Assembly: GCA_037379345.1 (NCBI GenBank)
Contig: CM074517.1
Location: forward strand, 5,642,001 to 5,706,000
DNA: 64,000 nt
Origin: Perna viridis
Taxonomy: Eukaryota
Direction of reading: 5' to 3'
Shown here: one piece after another, positions 27,120 through 41,091 of the stretch
How the letters are laid out: each line of letters begins with the position of its first letter
Position numbering within the stretch: the first letter of the stretch is position 1
Notes under the pieces: generated by a model
What the model saw: only the letters and a program-made list of their open reading frames with translations
Told to the model about the DNA's origin: nothing
The model's database searches: none
Program-made: the position numbers and the translations under genes

Positions 27120-27670
27120 TGGCTTATATCAGTCTATTTGGAAGTTCAGTATTATCTCAGTCATTACGATCTTCCTAATTATGGCAGCCTGTTGGGACGT
27201 TCAGTATTGCAGCAGTCCTCAAGTTCTTTTCGATTATTGCAGTCTATTTGGAAGTCCAGTATTGTCGCAGTCAGTAAGTTCTTCTCAATTATTGGTCTAT
27301 TGGGAATTTCAGTATTGCAGCAGCCCTGAAGTCTTTTGGATTATTGCAGTCTTTTGGGAAGTCCAGTATTGCCGCAGTCATGAAGTACTTTTGACTATTG
27401 CAATCTTTTTGGAAGTCCAATATTGTCGCAGTCATTGAGTTCTTCTTAATTATTGCAGTCAGTTGGGAATTTCAGTTTTGTCGCAGTCATGAAGTACTTT
27501 TGACTATTGCAGTCTATTAGGAAGTCCATATTTGACGCATGTACAATAATTAACTAATTCCAGATCGTTGCAGTCTATAACGAATTCATTCCAGTATTGT
27601 CGCATTATCTAATTGTTTATTTGGATTGTTGCAGTATATTTGGAACTCCAAAATTGTTGTCATTGCGAAC
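27120..27670. repeat. Degenerate ~54-55-bp minisatellite, ~10 copies
   Basis: GCAGTCTATTTGGAAGTCCAGTATTG-like units at 27130, 27186, 27240 and onward. Confidence 0.85.
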
Positions 27671-28704
27671 TCTAGTATAGTTACAGTGCTGCTTGTTGCG
27701 CTCATTTCAGTACTATAGTAATTGTATACTTATTGAGGTCTTTAGTATCGATTTTCCTATTATAATTCAGGAAAGATTATCCGATGATTTTGTGATCATA
27801 CATGTAGTATACGTCAGGACTTTTTAGGTCATTTGAAATTCAAGTATTGTTGAAGTCAATAAATACTACACCATTGTCACACCTATATTGATCTCTTTCT
27901 AAAGTTTTTCAAAAATGAAAATAAATAAATTTTCGCCTTTAATGCATTCCAAGGGAAGGAAAAGCTAATTTAACAAATAGAACATCAGTCAATGTAGACA
28001 TATCGACAAGATTTCATTCCTGTCTAGGGTATACAGGACAATGTCTTAATTCCTACGGTATTCAATAGATTCTCTAATATTAATCTTGCACCAAGTCTTC
28101 TATTTCCTGTAATACACCAAGTCCGCTTCATTCCTTCAATCATATTGATAGAAAGCAAATAGGCTTAGGCAACCAACAAATTTCATTAAATACGATATAC
28201 TAAAGATATCTGGACAATCAAGGCAACGGTTACATAACTAAATTGTTTTCTTATGCCACTCATGTCATTTGATGTTCGGAAATTCGTTTCTCATATTCGG
28301 AAATTTAATAGAAATGTTTTTGGATGGTATGAGCCAGTATCTGAAACTAATTGAATCATATTTAAACTGCGAAATGAGTTATGCTTGTGACTTTGAAGCA
28401 ATATTATGCTTTTTGATGTTGATAAATACAAATGCATATTTTGTGATAGTCGTTCAATATTTCAAATCCACTGGACAAACAGGTATATTCGTAGATGGAT
28501 TTATAAAGCATGAAATGGAACCGCCTATGGAAGAAACTTAAATTGCACATTCAGGCAGAAATTTTGCGCGCACACACAAACACACAAAGAGGGAGAGTAC
28601 ATACTTTATTTATTTGCTCAAAAACTTCAAAGAGAATTCAAATATTCAATTGATGACTTGAAATAAATGATAAAGAATTCTTTACTATGAATTCATTAGT
28701 ACAG

Positions 28705-28946
28705 GAGTAATCAAGGGAACCAAGGTTATAGCGGTAATCAAAAGAATGTAATCCAGGGACAAAGACCAGACATGGAAAACAGACATACACAACAAAGAAC
28801 ATAAAGTGATTAAAATCATACATACAAATAACAAAAGCAAATGAGCAACTCGGACTCCACTAAAAACTGGGAGCATGGACCAGGTGCACCGGTAGGGTAA
28901 GCGTCCTCTGCTTTTCTAGAAACACTCGCCGAGTTGCTCATAAAAA
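28705..28946 (-). mobile_element. PLE family A 3' end, well preserved
   Basis: Nearly identical to 22305-22547. Confidence 0.92.
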
Positions 28947-31211
28947 AAATCATACAAAATGATAATTGAAGGTTTTGACCAAAGTGACTGAAAGGAAAAG
29001 AAAGTATTGTTGACTGTGTGCTTTTCAACGAATTTTACTATTCAAAAACACATATTAAAAATGTATGAGCGCATCGAGTTTTGAATGTAGGTGATTATAA
29101 TAAACCGATGCGTCTCTATCTTTATTGATAATGTAATCATGTAATTGAACACCATGTGTCATTAACACATTTTCTCTTAAAATTACCACACCTGCTGTTA
29201 AAATGTAATTTTTACTTATCAATTATTAAAGTTAATTTCGTGATGTTCAAGGGTTTTAATGGAGATGTCTTCTCTTTCAAGGAAAATCGCTTTTTATCAA
29301 AGAAAAGTCATTTGATGTTTTCAAGGAAAAAACGTAAAAATACAATATTGTAATGTCTTAACATTATTAATTCACTAAACCCACAGTTTAATTTTTTAAC
29401 GTTTGCATAATAAATTATCCTTTTACTGTCAAATGACATGAATTAAGCAAGATGGTGGCGAATTTAAGGGGGCATGATATCCGATCTACTTCGCACAGGT
29501 TGCAATCGCTGCATGGATGTCAACTATTTTACACATCTACCATTCTCAGTATTAACTCTTTTTCCTTGAGTAAGTTAGTACAGTAGATTAGAAAAGTTTC
29601 GCAATTATTTATGAGTTTTTGATTTTTTTTTTTCATTCATTATTGAAAATTAAAAACATCAAAGTAATCGCATGCACGTAGAAAAGCATAACGTATTTGA
29701 TATCCAATAAATAAAATGAAGGGTAAAAAATATCGCAAAAAAAATAAGTTTGAATGCATCGTAACTTCTCCAAATACAAACATTCCATTGATGTTTGTGT
29801 CAATATTTTTATTTGAAATTATTGACATTATGTCAGAGATTTAAAAAAAAAATACCGTATTCTGAGCCCTGTTGAATGTGAAATCAGTGTGTCATTTGGT
29901 TACAATATATATTAAATCATGTTTATTACACACGGAAGATAAATATTGGTCTGTTAATTTTGATTAAGATACATAAATATGGATCATCAATTTTGCATAA
30001 GCTCAAGAAAAATATTTAAACAAATCGTTAAGTTACTCAAACAATGAAAATCAACTTTGCAAAATCATTACGTAATGCAAAAAATGTTAGTTCAAGGAAT
30101 TCAATTCGGATCAAATTCGTCAATAAATCATTCAGAGCTTTGATATCAAAGTGAATGCAGAATAAAGAGATGAAAACATTAAGAAAGCTGAACATGCTAG
30201 GGAACAAGCATAATGCCATAGAATGCTTTCATCAGAGAAGATAAATAATTTGGAAAATTACGTAATTTAAGCAAAGGGTGACAATTTGTATTCAAATCAA
30301 ACAAACACTTCAATGAATTAGAAGTGTAAGCAAAATTTGTTCACAAGGACGCTTGTTATGCTCCCAATTTCGTTTTAATCATGTTTTATCACATATGGAA
30401 AATCATATCTAGACTCTGTCTCATTCTTTTCGTGTTTTGTTATAAATCATTCTGAAGTGAAGTCAAATTGGCTGGATTCAAAGGCCACACAAGAGATACC
30501 AAAATTGATTAAATGTATCCAGTAAAAAGAAGTCAGCAATTTTTACTATGCTGTTCTTTTCACTCTTATCTGATTAATCTACAAATCGAAAGCTTTTAAT
30601 TAAACCACGAGAACAAGTCACAATTTATTATACGCCATATTCAATAGAAATATGAAATATAATATATCTTGTCATGGAGGTGTGATACTATGGGGTTTTC
30701 ATGGTTGTTCTACACCGTTTAAGTGACGGTGGTAACGTGTACGAAAATTGAGTTCCGAGAAAGCTGTTGGTGTTACAAGAAATTGATAATATATGTATGG
30801 TTTTTAAAAAATGTTCCATGTCAAAGGTTGTTATATTTAATATCATATACGTGTGTGGAGTAATATCTTTATTCCATATCAAAACTCTATGCGTATGACA
30901 TATATCTCGTAATTGTACATTATGAAAGTCATGTGCCAACATGTGGAAGCTAAATGTCAAAAGGCTGCCTACTTGTAGAGCTGAGGATGACATCTTGGAA
31001 TTGATGTCCGTTGTAACGTTACTTACCTCCTGTGTTTTTGAGGATGCATTAAATCAATTTATAACCTTGACTTAAATTTCAAAATAATAATCATTTCGCA
31101 GATGAAATAAATTTCAGTAGTTTTAAAACACTTTCTATAGAACCATGCGACTAATATTACTACAATCATGGGAAATCATTGTGTTCAAAATTTACCTAAA
31201 TATGATTTTTT

Positions 31212-31475
31212 TCATAAAATGTCAACCACGCCGCATTTTTTGTGCCTGTCCGCAGTCAGGAATTTCTGTATGTATTGTTTTCACTTTCAATTCTGTTTTA
31301 TGTTGCTGGAGAATATGGGAGTGGAAAGTATTGTTTTGGTGTCAATTGCAGTTTGTCCTGTGTTGTGAGGGTTTCTTCGTCATTTATTAAAAACTCTTTT
31401 ACGTGGTTTAAGCTGACTTGTTTCATCACGGTGAGGTTGTTGCCCTTTTGACATATTCACCATATCGATTCTCGT
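31212..31475 (+). mobile_element. PLE family B 3' end containing half of a twister-like motif
   Basis: Matches the reverse complement of 50845-51125 at both ends (GCCGCA...TGTGCCTG...CAGGAATTTCTG and CGGTGAGGTTGTTG...CATATTCAC). PLE assignment rests on the motif shared with the RT-linked copy at 41092-41187. Confidence 0.7.
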
Positions 31476-31509
31476 TATAAAGTAACATTTGCGAATATTC
31501 AGTGTTGAA

Positions 31510-31536
<27 letters not shown>
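31510..31536. repeat. (AT)n microsatellite
   Basis: Directly visible. Confidence 0.95.
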
Positions 31537-31541
<5 letters not shown>

Positions 31542-32835
31542 CTCACTTCATTCAGGGTCCATTTATGGGAAAATCTCTTCATATGTCATTTTGTTTGGCG
31601 CAATTTTCTAGCGCCTTTGAAAATGAATAGTCTAAGAGGATTGATTCCAATCCGGGCTACTAAATGGTAAAAACCAAATGGTTCAATTTCTAAACAGTAA
31701 AGTCAGCCTTAAGCGGTTTTGCTCTTAGTAAATTCAGAATGTAGAATATTGATTGATTTTTTCTAATAGGTACATTGACAAAATACGTTTTTACCAGGTA
31801 GAAAAATGCTTGAAAAGGTGTGTTGAATTACAAACCAGGGTTCCTTTAAAATATACATGTGCAGACTGTTAGTGAAGGTTCACCTTAAATGTCTAATTTC
31901 TTATCAACATTAAATCTTCTTGAAAATTACTTTTGTATTAAAAATATTTTCATGTGCCTCGGTTCAGTATTTAACTGGATATTTTGTTTTCGTTCCAACT
32001 TTTTTTTCAATTATTACATTTGTTCTTAAATTTACAATGGATCATATTGAATACGTCCATAATACTATGAAGGTTCACATGTTATAATGCCCTGAATGAT
32101 TTATAGGTGACATTATACTTATATGTTTTGAAATACAAATGTATCAAATCATAATAGAAATACAAGGTTGAATCAAATTCTTCGTGTTAAATCTAACGCG
32201 TTTGTATGCCTATATCTCATAGAATAATGTTGTAGTTACTTCAATACAAATGTCTAATTCTAAAGGCAAAATTCACCATTTTTGTGCGCATGAAATGGCC
32301 AGAGTATCGAAGTAATAAGGGATACTGAAACACGACACATATCCCATAATAGTTTTATTGCATGGATGTGCTATCAAATATACAGTGACCGAACAGGACG
32401 TGGGACTTTGGAACTAACCAACAATGAATAATTAACTGCTCTTATCCATAAACAGTTGATTGTCTGTGATATACTATCTTAATTATAGATTATTCCCATT
32501 TTTATCGACGATCTGAAAAAAAAACCTAATAATTTTGCCTTTAAAAAAAAGTAAGTGTACATAAAATACCACGGACGAAAAACGTAAGAAATACCAAGGA
32601 CCAAAAAAAAAACGCCTTTATCTTTTAAGGTTATATAAATGAGAAAAAAAAACATTTACTTTTTTACCGTGGCCAAGTACTTTTATAATTTACTTTTTAC
32701 AAAATAATCTGATGATAAATGATAACCTTTTCAACGAGTTTACAAAAAAGAAAAACACAAAAATACACATAGGATTTTTTCTATTACGTCATATCAATGT
32801 TACAAACCCTGCATTAATATTGTGGTACTTTGTTT

Positions 32836-33115
32836 GAGAGTAAGTAAGGGAACCAAGACCCAAGCGCAAATCAAAAGAACGCAATCCAGGGACAAAGACT
32901 AAACATGGAAAAGAGACAAACACAACAAAGAACATAAAGTAACTAAACTAATACATACAAAGTAACAAAAGGAAAATAGCAACTCGGACTCCACTAAAAA
33001 TGGGTGCATGTACCAGGTGCTCCGGTAGGGTAAGAGTACTCTGCTTTTCTGGAAACTCACGCCGAGTTGGTCATAAGAAGTCAAGTCCGGGGTAAACCAA
33101 AGAGGACACGTTGAA
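32836..33115 (-). mobile_element. PLE family A 3' end, diverged
   Basis: Aligns with 22305-22597, with an internal deletion near the ORF stop. Confidence 0.88.
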
Positions 33116-35022
33116 GAAGGATTAACAAAATTCTAAATAACAAAGTTATTATATTTATTTAAGAAAGAAAAAAACAACATTAAATATGTCAACCTAGGTC
33201 CCGAAGGTGTACAGCTTATCTTTCTAATAAAGATTTCCGGGCAAAAATAGGTATTAATTTTGTTGTCATAATCAAAATTTCATGTTTATACAGAAAATAC
33301 TCATAGGATTAGAAAATCATTTTGACTTTCATACAAGTTTTTTGAAAATGATTGGCTATGATCATCTCAGTTTGAAAAAAAATGTTGTTTTATACAATTA
33401 TCCTATATCCGCATAGGTATATTAAACAAAACGTATCCCTTAAAGAAGCTAATATACAGAGAACCTGAAGTCATCCGAAAAATTCATTTAAATTAACGTC
33501 AATAAGGTTATGTGAAAAGTACTCTTGCCCGAAAATTTGATGACGAGCTCGTCAATCAATCCCTGATTGATATTTTTATGTAGATCCAAACTATGTAATG
33601 AAGGTCATTTAGATTGATTTAATTAATCTCTTGTTAATACTAAAATTGTTTATCAACGTTCATCTAAATTCTTGATTAAATTCTGATTTGATTACATGAT
33701 AAATTTTGATAGCAATTTTGATTCACGGTTGGAATGAAATGGATAAGATTATTCCCATAAGAAGTATAATCTATAATTTATAGCATTCTTCCCAAAGGAA
33801 AAAGGTTGATTTGTGTTGAATTAAGTCTAACGCATTTGCGGTTTTTCTCAGTAATCTTCATTTGCTAGAGGTTTTATAATAGTGCTTTGTATAATGAAAC
33901 TACTGAGGTCATTTTTTAAGTGACGTCATAATGATATATTGACCCAAATGAATTTATTGCGTTTTTTAACGTTGATAAATATGAATGACATCATTTACAG
34001 TTAAGATGACGTCATAGTAAGCCAAATACAGTAGAAGTGACTCTGAAGTTGATATATAATATTTAGCTCCATATGATTGTCTTTATTTCAAAATAAACAT
34101 GAAGAATTTTATATGTTTGAATCAAAATCTATCAGTGTTGCTGTCATGCCATTTAAGTCCTACTGTGTCCGCAATCTGACCAAATGGTACGTTTAATGAC
34201 ATGTCAAAGCCATCATTTCTATAATTGATTGAAAATCAAATTATAGTTCCAATTTAACTAATTAACTGCTGCAAGTCAATAGCATTTCTAGTTTTAAGAC
34301 TATATTATGTAGTTTTCTTATATTATATTAGTTTCCTTTCTTTATTTTAATATCGAAATTAGATCATCACGAAAACCTAGTTTCACTACGAATAGTAGCG
34401 AACTGAGATTCGCCTGGCATTTGTATCTGTATTTCTTATAGGACTAAACACTTCTCGTATAGTTCCAATTCCAAACTATATGAAATGTATTTACCGTTTT
34501 TGTTTTCTTCGAGTCACTCATTCAGCGAAATTGACATAAAAATGGTGGAATTCACACGACAACGTGACATGGTTGTCAATTTCAATATTCGAAGTAGAAA
34601 GGTGTCACTGATAACCGCATTTTTAAAAATTATTGTTTTGAACATACGATGTCGATAAAGAATAGAATATAGCAGATTATATCGTAACACGCCTTTAATC
34701 TCTCTAATTAGTCACAGCGATGGTAACCATGTTTGTTTACGATATGTATATGGAATTTACGCTGTTGTTAAACCTGCCATCACTTAGGAGTAAAAGATGG
34801 ACAACCAATCATAGTTCACGAACAAGACATATGTTAAATAGATTGGAATTATACAGCGTATCATTCATATATCAAAAATATAACATAAATAAATCTCATC
34901 AATCCGTACTAGTTTGTCTAGTAGTATTAAAATCAAATAGAACCATAAATCATTTGATATTTGTTTAGACTTAATCGTGGTATAATTTTTAGTAATGAGT
35001 ATCGGTGCATTTTAGCATATTA

Positions 35023-35241
35023 TTAAGGAGGTAGACCTGTGGTAAGGAACATAATTCTTGAAATCAGTAATATGTTTGCATCATATTCAATTTCACCAAA
35101 GCCTATCAAGCTTTCATTTGATATAGAATGAAATCAATCCAAGTTACTTTGATGCTTGGGTGAGATTGATGTAAAATGTTTTACACAAACGTTCCAATGA
35201 TTTGGAAGAGTTATGTACCGTACCCTAGGCCTACTGCTTTA
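35023..35241. mobile_element. MITE with ~43-bp imperfect TIRs, TTAA at the left end (Kolobok-like)
   Basis: Left end TAAGGAGGTAGACCTGTGGTAAGGAACATAATTCTTGAAATCA versus reverse complement of right end TAAAGCAGTAGGCCTAGGGTACGGTACATAACTCTTCCAAATCA. Superfamily is inferred from TTAA plus purine termini. Confidence 0.65.
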
Positions 35242-38200
35242 GCTAAAATATAACTAGACCGATAACACGTCTGGTGATACGTCACCTTCGCATGCATATC
35301 AATACTAAGCAAATTAAAAAAAACAACAACTATTGTGCAGGTATTAACTGTTTTGAAATTTTAGGTGATTGAAAAAAAAATTGCAAATGGCAGAAAAAAA
35401 ACTAAAACTCGTGTATTTTTTAACCTTTAAGGCTGCTATACAAAACAAAATAAAAGTTAGTACCCCTTCACTGTGAAACGTATACTTTCAATCAATTTGT
35501 ATATGTCGGCGAATAAATCAGTATCAATGGAAAAAAAAACTACCAAATGTGTATGAATATTATCGCTTTAAGTTGGCATAAAATGTCTTGTTTAGTAATT
35601 TGAAAGGTCTTAAAGGTGATTTGAGACTTTTAATTCTATTAGCGACACTTTTAGTCAGTAAACATGCTGTTCAATGAGAGAAATGTGTCAAATTATAGTC
35701 AAAGATAAACAATTGTAAGCAATATAAGAATTTACACTTATCATTCGAATCTTCCTGTGTTTTAATACAACAAATAGTATGATCACTTTTTTCTATCTTT
35801 TTTCATATTTAGGTAGTAAGTGTATTTCTTTCATACTATGTTACAGTGGTTAAAATATCTAATGCAAAAACCAAATCTTGTACATTATACTCGCTCATCT
35901 GTCTAAAAAAAAAAAAGAACCTACGGGACTGTTTGTTTAGTGAACGCCTTTTCTTCACAACATTCTATAAACGTTTATTTTTCGCGAGTAGTGAATGTTT
36001 GCCAATTTCGTAAAAACTCGCAAAACTGAATAAAAAAGATCTCATTGTTACAGAAATCAAAACATCTTTAAAGGAATGCCAGACTCGAAAATATATGGCA
36101 GCAACTCTGCATTGTTATCCTTCATCGCAGAAAATAAATTGCTTAACAGTATATAAAAAAGTACAACAGATCATACGGAATAAGTTGATTTTGAACATGA
36201 ACGTTTTGTTTCACAGACCTTTCGTTATATAGTAGAAATAAAATTAATATCTTGTACAACATAAATTCAAATTATGTGACTCAGACTGATTAACCATTCT
36301 GATCAAGATCCTGAAAACTCAACACTTTTGAGAGTGTAAGACATGGAAATCATATACTCCTTAAGGAACGATTTGACATTTTCTAAATAAGACCAAGTTG
36401 TTATAAATGACGCAAAATGTAGTACACATACAATACAATATTATATTTATGCTCTATCCACCATTTTAACAGTAATTTCATCCCGTACATCGACTTCCGA
36501 AGTTAACTATTTCGATTTCGAGATTTCACAATTCGATGTTATGCAATATGAAGGAATATTTGGGTAAAACTTGGGAGTAGGAGTAAGAAAACAATGCAAG
36601 AAAGGGAAATGTGGCACTCGCCCAATTTAAAAAAAGATAATTATTAGGACATATATAAGTAAATATAATGGTTTGGGTTCGTTTCCAACAGTTTTCAAAA
36701 TTAATTTATAATTTAATATACATGGGTCAGTTTCAATTATTAATATGACACAGGAGGCAGTCAAGAGGATATAACTGGTAAAACAATATTTGCAATGTCA
36801 TTTTGTCTTAAATTAAACATAGCTCTTAAACTTATGGTGTCATAAAAGTGCCATATGTATTAACTTTTTAAAAAACTGCTATATTCTGATCACAATTTAC
36901 AAGGCTAAATGTATAAACCATTTATGGAAGTGTGAACTCATCAACTTAAAAGTTTATCCAAGGACAACATAGCACGATATTAAAGCTACTGAAATCAGCT
37001 ATACATAAAACTTAAATATATTATAAAAATCCAAAACCGGTAGGTAGATCAATTTCTATCGAATATTGCCTAACAAAGTAACTATAACTGTACGTATGCA
37101 TTTTACTGAATAATGTTTGGTCCATGGGTTATACCGAACTGTCCATATGCGTCAGACCTTATGCCCAATTCATCAATATTTTTATTAAATTATATGCATG
37201 TCAATTCATGTTATCTTAACCCAGGAATAATCTTTCAGAATATTAAACTGATTGATGAATAAAACTTGACACAAATGAATTGCTGCGCTAAGACAAACTT
37301 AATTGTCAAAGTTACCATCTTACATAATGTACGTTTTTTCTATGAGCTGGTTTAATTGAATCTGAAGTATTTCCAAGCGAACTATTTTCTCGTTAGTTAA
37401 ATAGGCAATGAGGCACTTCTTCAAAGGGGGCCTTCTTCATACTTAATGATCATTTTGCAGTATTGAAGTTCCTCTACTGTAAAATTTTTCTCTACGATTC
37501 TCTTTTAATACATTATCAATTATGTGCAAATTGTTGCAATTAAAGGCTTTGTTCCAAAGAATATTATCCGTATTAAAACTATTGACATATATACTTTTTG
37601 CAAGAATTAGAAAGAACATTGTATAATATCATGCATTTATTCGTAAACTTCCTTGTATTGAAATAAAATCTGTGTTGTTGAATTACAATTATTATACATT
37701 ATGGGATACTTGCTACATACAAAACCACACCAGGAAGAACAAACTAGATATCTACAGTTAAACCGAGTATAAAAATTGATGGTTTGGAATACAAAAGTAA
37801 TGTAAAATATGTGTTGGTTAACATGGGTTCAAAATGTTATGGAAAATAAGATTATTTTCGGTGTTTTTTGGGAGAAAATTCATGTGATTTAAAATCACAA
37901 TAACTAAAACTGCTATTTCGATGTTGGATGTTATCAAACGCACAGTGATTTGAATAGCATTATCAACTAAAGTTGCAAAGAAAACATTAATAAAAAATAC
38001 AATAACTTAGTTTACATTTTGACATTCAATTAAATGTGCCAGTTTCTCTAATAATTAGTTGTGAATAAAAAAGTAATAATACATTTGTCAAGTACTAATA
38101 CTGCATTCATGAACTGTAATTAAAACAGTGCATCAACAGCCTCATATATTCTTTCTGAAACGAGCATAATTATACGTACATTTGAAATTATGCGTCCATG

Positions 38201-41091
38201 ATTTGTGCTAAAATGGAAATGTCTTATGATTGGAGAGGCCAACTTTACTTCTGATTTGGTCATAGGACAACCGACTTATTATCTCATTAAAAGTAACTAA
38301 TCTGATGGTGGTTTCATTCCGATAGTTTTCTTCTAGTATAGAAAAAAATATTTGCAATTATTGTTATTGTTTATAATATATTTTATCTTTATTTTACTAT
38401 TACGAAGAAAATATCTATTAAGTCATTTTTGTCACTATAAATTTCTCAAGCAGTGATGCAAACAGCAGTCTCAGGCTTTATACTAGAATTACCTTATATT
38501 GTTTGCTAAAGTGTTGATTGGTGGTTCACAAAGCAGTACTTACTCCGGAACATTTGATTTATGATCTATTAAGGATAGCGATTTCAGCCAAATATTTCTC
38601 TCAGGGGAACAATTACAGAGGCTATTTTTACCCTAATCAACTTTAACATTTGAGATGCAATATAAATTGAGCAAACAAAAGCATAAAACTCAAATATATG
38701 TGTCAAGCGCTTTAAACATTGGAGTCAATTTAGTCACTTTGTTATGTCGTAAAATGGAGTAAAATATTTAATTTTATACTCAGAGGAAAAACAGTAATCG
38801 GACTATCACGTGATTGAAACACTTGTTACCTTTTATATGGGGAAAATTGTTTAACCGTAATCGGCATTCCGTTTTATCTTCCTCCTGATTGCCTCTGTTC
38901 ATTGCATAATAGGAAGTGCGGCGTCACATGCAATCTTACTTAAAGACTATATAAACTATTTCTGTTAACTTTGGAAAGTTTTTTTTTTCAAATGTCTGGG
39001 ATTTCCGTAGAAAATCATTGCCAATAACTTCTTTATTTGAAGACGTCTTTTATGGATGGACTATAATAGTAATTATTAAGGAAATAAAAATGTAAGAATA
39101 TTAACTAGCATATGAAGAAGAAGGGACATAATTAATAAACCTTAGTAAACCTTATTCATTACTTTCGACACATTTACCAATTCCTGTTGGAAACACATGA
39201 TAAGAAAATCAAAATTTAATCGCAAAACGAGATTCTATAGTTTATTCAGTAGTGCAATATTATTGCAAAATGAGCAGAAATGAAACAAAAAACTAAATGT
39301 GGTTGCTACACAAAGCTACATGGCCTACAAAAAATCATTTTGATCGATGAACATTATTAAATAGATTTTTAAAACTGATTTTTTTTTTAATTTTAAAAGC
39401 AAAGACAGGTCAGTGCTTTTCCAATGAGTGCATTTGTTCCAATTTTTAACACATTGTTTACCTTAAAAGGAGGCTAGATTGGCTTTGGACAAAATCAACC
39501 TCGGAAATTTAACATTAGTAGTTTTGTATATTTACGTTACCACAGACTGGTAATTGTAAAATTTATGGGAAATTTTGATGTCACAATGCTACTTGATATT
39601 GTCACATCATGAGATACGATTAACTGTACTCTTACGAGATTTTTGTGAAATTGGCGCAAAAAGACGAAAACATGTTGTACACATAATACTCAATCTTTTT
39701 TCCGTCAATATTTCGCATTAGTTGGTTAAAGAACTACAACTCCCATTTCTGCAATATTAACACCAACATTTTAGTCCTTGACTACAAAGTATCATATGTA
39801 ATTATCACTATTGTTATCATGCAAAGGAGACATAGCAAACAACAAGGTACAAAAAATAAATTATTCAAAAAAAAAAACCAAAAAAACTTGCAAACAGGTA
39901 CATGTTTCTTTTTGCACGTACATAAAGCAATATACGTTGCTTATATAATTTTTCTATGGAGTGGTAATCTATCAATCAATCGTAGGATATACATTATTGG
40001 TTTAAACTATCTGAACTTGAGTAACTGAAAGACAAAAACTGTTCAGTCATTCACACATAAAAGACAAAAAAAAACTTTCCAATGAATTACTCGATTGCTG
40101 TCACGCGAACTATATGTTTTTAAACAATCTTTGAAATTGATCAGCGTTTTACTCTCTGATCCTTTCCAATAAAATGAATTAAATATAAATTGAAATCAGA
40201 CTTGGTCCATTTCCCACACAATATAATATCAGTCATGATGCTGAAGAAGGTTTTGATTAATGTGTTTTGTCATTAGGTTAAGTGTAACTGACGGCATGGA
40301 AAATTTTCTTGGTGATGTAAGAGACTTTATATCGATTGGTCATCAGCACTGACGTGTCTGTGACAAATTAAGATGTGCTAATGTGCTATTTGTGTACTTT
40401 TGCGGTTTCGCAAGAAATAGTGTATATTGACAAAATCAACTTTTGTCAACTTATGTAGCATTTTTACTTAAACGCAAAACCCTGGGAAAAAGAAATATGA
40501 AAAAAGAACGAATAAGGCGAAACGAAACATGCACCAGCGTATAAAATAAATCCAAAATAGTAAATTCTTTCGGAAAGGATTAAAACACACTTTTAAGTAG
40601 GCTCTGAAAGGCCTGATAACAAAAGTAATAAATTACACGATAAAAAGACAACTATTCTTCAAAATCAAATCAAAAAGTAATATAGCGACAAATTAATGAA
40701 CAACATCTCCTGAATGAGGAACTCTGTATAGACAAAATAAGATATCAACTCATAAGATGCCCGTAGCTACAGAAAATTAGTTCAGGACATATTGAAGAAT
40801 GACAATACCATCAAAGCTAAGAGCATTAGAAATAATTGTCCACTACAACTCCAGTGGACTAAATTTGGAGTAGTAATGTCATGTACTAAATAAGAAGTAT
40901 TTGATGCAGCGCAATATTAAAAAAGACTTAGGGATGCAGTTCAGGGTCAAATATCTCTATTTGTAATATAAATCTAAAGAGGGCAGTTGATAAATAAGGG
41001 TAACCAAAAAAATCACCAAACACTAATCCGATTCATAACCAAATCCAAAATAAATCTTGCAAAATAGATATTACACACCGGAGCAGCCGGT

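Noticed and set aside
3160-36150. Further very decayed MITE-like remnants (~3160-3335, 16600-16760, 19610-19705, 25860-26000, 35950-36150)
   Set aside because: Suggestive termini or partial inverted repeats only; boundaries and families cannot be supported without a repeat library.
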